NCBI RefSeq assembly: GCF_006345805.1
Contig: NC_043007.1
Location: forward strand, 8,990,001 to 9,054,000
Length of the DNA stretch: 64,000 bases
Reading direction: 5' to 3'
From: Octopus sinensis
Lineage: Eukaryota
The notes under the pieces were generated by a model, which saw only the letters and a list, made by a program, of their open reading frames with translations, ran no database searches and was not told the origin of the DNA. Of the stretch, positions 53,938 to 64,000 are shown in pieces (position 1 is the stretch's first letter; every line of letters starts with the position of its first letter). The position numbers and the translations under genes are program-made.

Positions 53938-56900
53938 TTTCTCTGGGATCCTAACTCACTAGAAGCATGTGCGTCTAATGAGTTACTCTTCCTAACTAAT
54001 CATATCACTGCGCAGACTCCGAACGTCCCGACAACACTAGGGAATTCTGGTATATCGCCTGGCGCTCATAATTTATCGAGATATGTAAACAAATCAAATT
54101 GCGATAAAATAAAAAAATAATTATAATCGCTGGTATTACTAACACAAGCCATATATTTTTCATATATCAGTACATTAAGGCGAAATATGTGCTAGGAATA
54201 CAGAAGCTTGATAAATTAAGTGAAATGAAGATAAAAACATTTACTAAACCGGAAAATTCTCAGACTGCAGTTTCTTTCTATTTAGCAAACAAGATAATTT
54301 ATTTGCCCAGGGAGAATTCATCAGTGAGACCCTGTTTCTCTGGGATCCTAACTCACTAGAAGCATGTGCGTCTAATGAGTTACTCTTCCTAACTAATCAT
54401 ATCACTGCGCAGACTCCGAACGTCCCGACAACACTAGGGAATTCTGGTATATCGCCTGGCGCTCATAATTTATCGAGAAATATGTAAACAAATCAAATTG
54501 CGATAAAATAAAAAATAATTATAATCGCTGGTATTACTAACACAAGCCATATATTTTTCATATATCAGTACATTAAGGCGAAATATGTGCTAGGAATACA
54601 GAAGCTTGATAAATTAAGTGAAATGAAGATAAAAACATTTACTAAACCGGAAAATTCTCAGACTGCAGTTTCTTTCTATTTAGCAAACAAGATAATTTAT
54701 TTGCCCAGGGAGAATTCATCAGTGAGACCCTGTTTTCTCTGGGATCCTAACTCACTAGAAGCATGTGCGTCTAATGAGTTACTCTTCCTAACTAATCATA
54801 TCACTGCGCAGACTCCGAACGTCCCGACAACACTAGGGAATTCTGGTATATCGCCTGGCGCTCATAATTTATCGAGAAATATGTAAACAAATCAAATTGC
54901 GATAAAATAAAAAAATAATTATAATCGCTGGTATTACTAACACAAGCCATATATTTTTCATATATCAGTACATTAAGGCGAAATATGTGCTAGGAATACA
55001 GAAGCTTGATAAATTAAGTGAAATGAAGATAAAAACATTTACTAAACCGGAAAATTCTCAGACTGCAGTTTCTTTCTATTTAGCAAACAAGATAATTATT
55101 TGCCCAGGGAGAATTCATCAGTGAGACCCTGTTTCTCTGGGATCCTAACTCACTAGAAGCATGTGCGTCTAATGAGTTACTCTTCCTAACTAATCATATC
55201 ACTGCGCAGACTCCGAACGTCCCGACAACACTAGGGAATTCTGGTATATCGCCTGGCGCTCATAATTTATCGAGAAATATGTAAACAAATCAAATTGCGA
55301 TAAAATAAAAAAATAATTATAATCGCTGGTATTACTAACACAAGCCATATATTTTTCATATATCAGTACATTAAGGCGAAATATGTGCTAGGAATACAGA
55401 AGCTTGATAAATTAAGTGAAATGAAGATAAAAACATTTACTAAACCGGAAAATTCTCAGACTGCAGTTTCTTTCTATTTAGCAAACAAGATAATTTATTT
55501 GCCCAGGGAGAATTCATCAGTGAGACCCTGTTTCTCTGGGATCCTAACTCACTAGAAGCATGTGCGTCTAATGAGTTACTCTTCCTAACTAATCATATCA
55601 CTGCGCAGACTCCGAACGTCCCGACAACACTAGGGAATTCTGGTATATCGCCTGGCGCTCATAATTTATCGAGAAATATGTAAACAAATCAAATTGCGAT
55701 AAAATAAAAAATAATTATAATCGCTGGTATTACTAACACAAGCCATATATTTTTCATATATCAGTACATTAAGGCGAAATATGTGCTAGGAATACAGAAG
55801 CTTGATAAATTAAGTGAAATGAAGATAAAAACATTTACTAAACCGGAAATTCTCAGACTGCAGTTTCTTTCTATTTAGCAAACAAGATAATTTATTTGCC
55901 CAGGGAGAATTCATCAGTGAGACCCTGTTTTCTCTGGGATCCTAACTCACTAGAAGCATGTGCGTCTAATGAGTTACTCTTCCTAACTAATCATATCACT
56001 GCGCAGACTCCGAACGTCCCGACAACACTAGGGAATTCTGGTATATCGCCTGGCGCTCATAATTTATCGAGAAATATGTAAACAAATCAAATTGCGATAA
56101 AATAAAAAATAATTATAATCGCTGGTATTACTAACACAAGCCATATATTTTTCATATATCAGTACATTAAGGCGAAATATGTGCTAGGAATACAGAAGCT
56201 TGATAAATTAAGTGAAATGAAGATAAAAACATTTACTAACCGGAAATTCTCAGACTGCAGTTTCTTTCTATTTAGCAAACAAGATAATTTATTTGCCCAG
56301 GGAGAATTCATCAGTGAGACCCTGTTTCTCTGGGATCCTAACTCACTAGAAGCATGTGCGTCTAATGAGTTACTCTTCCTAACTAATCATATCACTGCGC
56401 AGACTCCGAACGTCCCGACAACACTAGGAATTCTGGTATATCGCCTGGCGCTCATAATTTATCGAGAAATATGTAAACAAATCAAATTGCGATAAAAAAA
56501 AAATAATTATAATCGCTGGTATTACTAACACAAGCCATATATTTTTCATATATCAGTACATTAAGGCGAAATATGTGCTAGGAATACAGAAGCTTGATAA
56601 ATTAAGTGAAATGAAGATAAAAACATTTACTAAACCGGAAAATTCTCAGACTGCAGTTTCTTTCTATTAGCAAACAAGATAATTTATTTGCCCAGGGAGA
56701 ATTCATCAGTGAGACCCTGTTTCTTCTGGGATCCTAACTCACTAGAAGCATGTGCGTCTAATGAGTTACTCTTCCTAACTAATCATATCACTGCGCAGAC
56801 TCCGAACGTCCCGACAACACTAGGGAATTCTGGTATATCGCCTGGCGCTCATAATTTATCGAGAAATATGTAAACAAATCAAATTGCGATAAAATAAAAA

Positions 56901-57042
56901 AATAATTATAATCGCTGGTATTACTAACACAAGCCATATATTTTTCATATATCAGTACATTAAGGCGAAATATGTGCTAGGAATACAGAAGCTTGATAAA
57001 TTAAGTGAAATGAAGATAAAAACATTTACTAAACCGGAAAAT

Positions 57043-57119
57043 TCTCAGACTGCAGTTTCTTTCTATTTAGCAAACAAGATAATTTATTTGCCCAGGGAGA
57101 ATTCATCAGTGAGACCCTG
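57043..57119 (-). ncRNA. Type I hammerhead ribozyme, last complete copy
   Basis: Identical to the consensus motif. Confidence 0.85.
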
Positions 57120-57767
57120 TTTCTCTGGGATCCTAACTCACTAGAAGCATGTGCGTCTAATGAGTTACTCTTCCTAACTAATCATATCACTGCGCAGACT
57201 CCGAACGTCCCGACAACACTAGGGAATTCTGGTATATCGCCTGGCGCTCATAATTTATCGAGAAATATGTAAACAAATCAAATTGCGATAAAATAAAAAA
57301 ATAATTATAATCGCTGGTATTACTAACACAAGCCATATATTTTTCATATATCAGTACATTAAGGCGAAATATGTGCTAGGAATACAGAAGCTTGATAAAT
57401 TAAGTGAAATGAAGATAAAAACATTTACTAAACCGGAAAATTCTCAGATAAATTCATATATATATATATATACACATATCTGTTAATATATTTTTACAGT
57501 AGGTTATATTCCATAGCATCTGCTAGACGCCCGTCCTCTAGAAAGGGCTGTGTACTTTACAAAGTATACATTTTGAATACACAAATGACTGAAACCAGGG
57601 TCCAAAATGAAAGTTCCATAAAAATGCAAATGCAACGCAACAACACATATGCACACCACAAAACCCACTCACGTGAGCACCCATTCCTACGCACACAAAG
57701 ACACACAGATACACACACACATACACACAAGTATAGGTGCATATATACACACTTGCATATGTATGTA

Positions 57768-58113
57768 CAGCGGACTCGCGGTCATAGGATCGCGGTTTCG
57801 ATTCCCAGACCGGGCGTTGTGAGTGTTTATTGAGCGAAAACACCTAAAAGCTCCACGAGTCTCCGGCAGGGGATGGTGGTGATCCCTGCTGTACTCTTTC
57901 ACCACAACTTTCTCTTACTTCCTGTTTCTGTTGTACCTGTACTTCAAAGGGCCGGCCTTGTCACTCTCTGTGTCACGCTGAATATCCCCGAGAACTACGT
58001 TAAGGGTACACGTGTCTGTGGAGTGCTCAGCCACTTACACGTTAATTTCATGAGCAGGCTGTTCCGTTGATTCGGATCAACCGGAACCCTCATCGTCGTA
58101 ACCGACGGAGTGC
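57768..58113 (+). mobile_element. SINE family B2, 5'-truncated
   Basis: Collinear with 26079-26477. Confidence 0.85.
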
Positions 58114-59100
58114 TTCCATCATGTATGTACATATAAAAAACCTAGTAAACGCAACTTTGGAAAAAAAAAATCTAAGCGAGGCTTTAATGAGTATTATTCT
58201 ATATCTTATACTTGGAAGATAAGAATGAGCCTACAGAAAAATCCCATCACTTGAAGCAGTTTATTTCATGCATCGCCTACAGATAAAGATAGAGAAACGT
58301 TTTGGGCGATTTTGCTGTGTCCTATTTTCAGTTACATGCTTAGTATCATCATTCGCCAAGGTTATTTCATATTTAATGTAGACTGCGATAGTAAGAGAGT
58401 CTAGCAAAATGGTGTTTGATGCTTATTTACATGCAGCTTATTGTGTGAGTTACCCGTGTTTCACGGCTCAACTTTTTAACTGAAATATTTATGAGGGAAG
58501 ACCGGGACAGCTGTGCAAGCTCTTAGCGAACTTTACGGTCATGATTTGTTAAAGAAGATTCTATTACGTAGGAGGATGGCACGAAATTATACTGAAATTT
58601 GATAGTTGGTCTGATACATGCAACAGGGTGAACACTGCTAAAGTTGATAAAGGTATCCAAGCGCGCTGCTGATGGTGTTAAACGGTTCGATAGTTTACAT
58701 ATGCCATCTAAGTTGGTCATAGTACAAGGCATCTAAATTGAGTTCTTAGTCTCGCAAATACACCATATGGTAATGGTACGTTAATTATATGTTACAAAGG
58801 ATGAAAGAGAAAGACGACCACGGCAAAATTTGAGCTCAAAGCGCTAATAGTCGGAACAAATATCGTAAGGTGTAGTTTTTCCGTCTTTTTCTTATTTGCA
58901 ATCCATATCCTTGGATTGATACTATTCTTATTTTGGAAGGATGCAAAGCTGAGTAGACATAGAATATTTTATATCTAAAATATCTATATCAACTACATAT
59001 GTTGCGTTAACTATATAGCATTATTCTCTATTTCAAAACAATAAAGTTTCCAATAGGTTTTGTGAAAAGATGGATTAATTTCCTCTTCTGTAGTAATATT

Positions 59101-59507
59101 CTTTTCTACTCTAGACACAAGGCCCGACATTTTGGGGGAGAGGGCCCGACGATTAGATCGATCCCGGTACGCAACTGGTACGAAAGGCGTAGTCGACCTC
59201 GGCTGAATTTGAATACCGAACATAAAGCCAGTCGAAATACAGCTAAGCACTTCACCCGGCGTGCTAACATTTCTTATTTCTTTACTTCCCACAAGGGGGT
59301 ACACACAGAGCGGACAAACAAGGACAGACAAACGGATCAAGTCGATTATATCGACCCCAGTGCGTAACTGGTACTTAAGTTATCGACCCCGAAAAAGATG
59401 AAAGGCATAGTCGACTTCGGCGGAATTTGAACTCAGGACGTAAAGACATACGAAATACCGCTAAGCATTTCGCCCGGCATGCTAACATTTCTGCCAGCAC
59501 ACCACCT
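59101..59507 (-). mobile_element. SINE family C nested composite with 17-bp TSD
   Basis: TSD tcttctgtagtaatatt at 59084-59100 and 59508-59524; internal 12-bp duplication tgctaacatttc at 59262 and 59480. Confidence 0.88.
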
Positions 59508-60261
59508 TCTTCTGTAGTAATATTACGAGATATGTTGAATTATTTAACGTAAAATATTTCTTCCAGCTACAGAAACAGGCTGAGTAAACCTGATGCATAT
59601 TGCCTAGGTAGCTATACCTATTGCTTTACATTTTCCTAGTAATCAATCATTTAATAAATAAATGTATGAATTTTAAAAAAGTAAATGGCAGAGATGATGT
59701 AGTTAAGTTAAAGTAAAGAAGAATCGTGGTTAACATAATATTTGCAAAAAATTCTTGTAAAAATTCCTTTCGGATAAGAATAAAATATCGCTTTCTTTGG
59801 ATTAGGCGCCATATTCTAAGTTGTGTATGTTTTGAGAACAGGATTTCTTTAAAGGTATAAAGTTCCTTGTAACATAGTTTTTAATGTACATGAATATTTT
59901 TTAAAGGTGAATGTTCTGTTTGAAATAAGTGTGTTTTAAAATATATAGGATTTTAAATGGCATACGGGATTTTAGAAACATAGATGCTTTTAAAGTTTAA
60001 CGTTTTTAGTTGGTATATGTTTTATTAATTATGTATGTTTTTAGAATACATTCTTTTTATATATCGTTTTTTATATTTTTATATGCATTTTAAATAATAT
60101 ATATATTTCAAAAATGCATATTTGTTTTTCTTTTTTTCATATATACGTTGCTAGAGAATTGCAGTTAAATCGTTTCAATTTTTCAACTAAACAGTTACAT
60201 GAACAAAAAATCAAAAGGTTAAAATATATAAGCTGGTTATATATTGTTTTATATATATATA

Positions 60262-60385
60262 TTGCTTAGTGGTTTGAGCGTTGGGCTCACAACTCTCAGT
60301 TAGTGTGTTCGATTCCCAGACCGGGCTGTGTGTTGTGTTCTTGAGCAAACACTTTTTGCATAGTTGTAGAAATTAGGTGCGACGT
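60262..60385 (+). mobile_element. SINE head fragment
   Basis: gcttagtggtttgagcg...gttcgattcccagaccggg...cttgagcaa (A/B boxes plus core). Confidence 0.55.
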
Positions 60386-60387
60386 AA

Positions 60388-60778
60388 TCTTTATATATAA
60401 AAGTGAGGTTGTGTGCTGTCTGTCTCCTACGATTTAGATTCCTAACTACTCCCACATTTTGCGGTGCAGTTTAACCAAAACCGGGTATCTTATAGTCGTG
60501 ATTCATATCGAGCCCTTCTGGGTATTAGCGCGCGTCTATGATGAGTCTACGATTTAAAAAAAAATTACCATCAATTTTTCCCATTTTTAATGCATTTTTG
60601 GCATATATAAGGGAACATTATAAAATTACATTAAATCTCAGAACGTAAAAAGCCACAGTAACACCTCCCTCCCTTTGTGGTTAGCCATATTGAGATGGCT
60701 ATTATACTTTACATCTCTAAAAATGCTTATATAGTTATTTCCCTTACAAACCCAAGCAACGCTGGGCGATACTGCTAG
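60388..60778 (+). mobile_element. Complete non-autonomous Helitron (391 bp)
   Basis: A|TC 5' end (tctttatatataaaag), subterminal hairpin cccaagc-aac-gctggg, CTAG|T 3' end; no TSD. Confidence 0.85.
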
Positions 60779-61432
60779 TAATTTCTAAGAAATAAAGCAA
60801 AACTCATGTAGAACAGGCAGCATTTCACCGTTTGATGACCATGCAAATACTTCATGTTGACTCCAATACTTATCATTTTGTACTGTCTTGTCAACGGAAT
60901 ACGGCTTCGTTGCGCTCAAGTACATTTTACCCGAAATATTTTTGTCTACTTTTCTCAAACGTATTGTACCTAAGACATTTATATAATATTTACTTTCTTC
61001 AGTAACACTGTACGCTTTGATTTAAATGATGCAAATATTGGTACGCTTTTACTCTTTTACTCTTTTACTCGTTTCAGTCATTTGACTGTGGCCATGCTGT
61101 AGCACCGCCTTTAATGCTCACTACAAATTTTTAACCATATGAACCATTTTTCATTTATCACTGTTTCATTTAACACGGTACGCATTCTGGAACCAAACAC
61201 CCATGATAAACGCGGTTACATATTCTTTTATTCACATTTCTTTTAGATATTTCCTGTCACTTAAGGTGTAAATTTCTTGCATTATTGTATGGCTCCTACA
61301 GCCTTGCTGGCCCTAAACGAAGCTCTTTTAAAAGCGACCTTTGAATATTGTTCATACATACATACATACATACACACATACATACATACATACATACATA
61401 CACATATATATATATATATATATATGCACATC

Positions 61433-61842
61433 TACTCTTTTACACTTTACTCTTTTACTTGTTTCAGTCATTTGACAGCGGCCATGCTGGAGCACCGCCT
61501 TTAGTCGAGCGAATAGACTCCAGAACTAATTCTTTGTAAGCCCAATACTTATTCTATCGGTCTCTTTTGCCGAACCGCTACGTGACGGCGACGTAAACAC
61601 ACCAGCATCGGTTGTCAAGCAATGCTAGAGGGACACAGACACACAAACATGCACACACACATATATATATGCATATATACGACGGGCTTCTTTCGGTTTC
61701 CGTCTACCAAATCCACTCACAAGGCTTTAGTCGGCCCGAGACTATAGTAGAAGACACTTACCCAAGATACCACGCAGTGGTACTGAACCCGGAACCATGT
61801 GGTTGGTAAGCAAGCTACTTACCACACAGCCACTCCTGCGCC
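61433..61842 (-). mobile_element. SINE family A, full length (an extra tail-only copy lies at about 61045-61112)
   Basis: Collinear with 2523-2933. Confidence 0.9.
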
Positions 61843-61845
61843 TAT

Positions 61846-61883
61846 ATAGATACTTGCATATATATATATATGCAAGTATCTAT
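61846..61883. repeat. Perfect 38-bp palindrome
   Basis: atagatacttgc-(at)7-gcaagtatctat. Confidence 0.9.
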
Positions 61884-63380
61884 GTATATAGCACAATGCG
61901 ACTACTAAACATTTAGACAACTAAAGGAAGGATGTTCAAATTTTAGCCAACGATTTATCCCCCAACATTTTAACCTGAAACTCATAGACGTGTTCTCTCT
62001 TCCAGTCGCTTCTTCCATCACTAGCACTATATTTGAAATAAGCCTGATCGAGATATCTTAAAAGGCACACTCATTCCTAGAAAAACTCTTGTATCCCATA
62101 TTGGGCCTCCCTTGCAAGATATTAGATTAAGCTATCCTTTTCCCCACATCTCTCATGTGTTATTTTTCACTGCACTGTTTTCCAGAAGTCATACATTAAT
62201 TTTTGAAATTAGTCATGTTCTAGAACATAGATTAATAACCCTGGTTGCAGACACTGTTTTTTGTTTTATTTAAAAAGAAAAAAAAAACAGACATTAATAG
62301 AACCACACAGGCAACTGCTGCCTCAAAAAATTCAGATGGCGTGTTTACAAATCCTAAACCCTAAATATCACGAACACACATACGCATACACAGGCGTATA
62401 CAGACGCGCAAAGACGCGAATCTATATACACATACATACACATATACTCCGGAGCTTTAGCTGAATAAAAAAAACTTGCCTAAGGTTTACCACAGAGGAA
62501 CTAAACCCAAAACCACAGGATTGAAAAGTGAGCATTTTCAACAGGCGTCAATATCTGAATCTATATAAGCGCGCGCGTGTGTGTTTGTGTGTATGTGTGT
62601 GTGTGTGTGTCTGATAATGCAAACAAACGTGTATTTGTATATATGTATATAAACACACGCACACACATATATATATATATAGATATATATATATATGTAT
62701 ATATACACATATATATACGCACATATACGTACATATATAGAGATGTATATATATATATACATATGTGTGTGTATATATATATATATTTATGTATGGGTAT
62801 GTATACACGTGTATGTATAAGTAATTGCGTATATTGCGTGTGAGTACGTGTGTCTGTAAGTATTTTTCAGTGTACTTATAAGTGCAACAATGAATGTATT
62901 TTCGGACGAAATATTTATATTGAAATTTCAGAACGCTGTTCTTTTAAGTTAAGAACAAATTATATTCTATTACAGAATAGGAACACTTAACAACGTCGCA
63001 TTTATTCTACCGTTTCGCCTGAGGGTATCAGTAGGTCATGAGTAAACGTCAACAATTGGATTACAAACCTAATTCAGACTCATCCATTATTGGTCTTGTT
63101 TCTCTTGACGCTCTTCTCGGTATTTTCCTCTCCTCTAGATAAAACCTGATTTCACGGGCTTGCGATAATACTGTACTTTAGCCATAAGACTCATGCATAC
63201 AAAGATACATACATACATGCATACAAAGATACAAAGATACATACATATATATATATGCATAACATATTTATAAACATACATATATGTAAATATACATATA
63301 TACAGACATGTGTATATATGCATATATAAGCTTATCTTCTTTCATCTATCTATCTAAATCTCTTGCTCTCTATCAATCTC

Positions 63381-63421
<41 letters not shown>

Positions 63422-63472
63422 GTGTGTGTATGTGTGCGTGCGTGTGTGCATATATGTGTGTGTATATATATG

Positions 63473-63533
<61 letters not shown>

Positions 63534-64000
63534 TATATAGATAGATAGATAGATAGAAAGATGTGTGTGTATGTATAGGTATGTATGTATGTATGTGTGT
63601 ATGTATGTAAGTACGTATATATATATATATAATATATATATATATTGTATATCAAAGAAAAATTCTCTCTAATGCGACCTTCAGTTATTAAGAGGGCAGG
63701 GCCTATGATAAAAGACTTTTGTTGACTATTGTCTACTGGAAGTACGACTACGTAGTGTTTACCTTCTGTTGTTGATACTGGTGATGATTATGCTGAAGTG
63801 ATTGTATTTAAACTAGGTATATCTAACTGGTGTAATTCACGTAAAATCTGATATTCACACTGCCTCTTTTTCTGAATAGAAATCTTAAACTGGCATTGCT
63901 TACGTATTTACATTGATTTCAAATTTGAGCACAAGGGTTTCAAGTTCAGAAGAGGGATGAGTCGATTACTTCGACCCCAATGCTCAACTCGTATCTGTTT

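Larger units (their letters stand above)
50919..57448 (-). mobile_element. Tandem array of about 16.4 x ~398-bp hammerhead-containing units (retrozyme-like satellite)
   Basis: Units start at 50919, 51312, 51709, 52110, 52506, 52900, 53295, 53691, 54087, 54486, 54885, 55283, 55682, 56080, 56475, 56872 and 57271 (partial). Differences are almost only 1-2 nt indels; (TA)n lies at or near both flanks. The tandem structure is certain; the retrozyme call is inferred. Confidence 0.88.

Noticed and set aside
54587-54886. 99-aa plus-strand ORF in the tandem unit
   Set aside because: It is open only where an extra T occurs (ctgttttctctggg). Most units read ctgtttctctggg and stop early, and no domain is recognisable; probably an indel artefact.

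Overview
AT-rich, microsatellite-saturated eukaryotic DNA. The repeat landscape (tRNA-derived SINEs, dense (TA)n/(CA)n/(ATT)n/(ATCT)n tracts, mariner, Penelope-like, CR1-group and R4-like LINE relics, Helitron/Helentron derivatives) resembles an octopod cephalopod genome; that taxon call is an inference. I found no intact protein-coding gene, rRNA, true tRNA or CRISPR. Nearly all ORFs in the track are microsatellite artefacts or decayed transposon fragments, and one possible host exon lies at 12028-12118 (-). The main discovery is a 6.5-kb tandem array (50919-57448) of about 16.4 near-identical ~398-bp units. Each unit carries a complete type I hammerhead ribozyme motif on the minus strand: stem I UCUCA/UGAGA, CUGAUGA core, extended stem II, GAAAC-UGCA-GUC with a palindromic dimer-type stem III, and a CAGGG:CCCUG loop-loop pairing. 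The array ends within 2 nt of the predicted self-cleavage site, as expected for a retrozyme-like element copied from ribozyme-processed (circular) RNA. Penelope-like RT remnants with their own minimal hammerheads sit in the same window. A CR1-group LINE and a SINE family also share a 3' tail with a compensatory stem change. All RNA folds were derived by eye, and ribozyme activity is untested.
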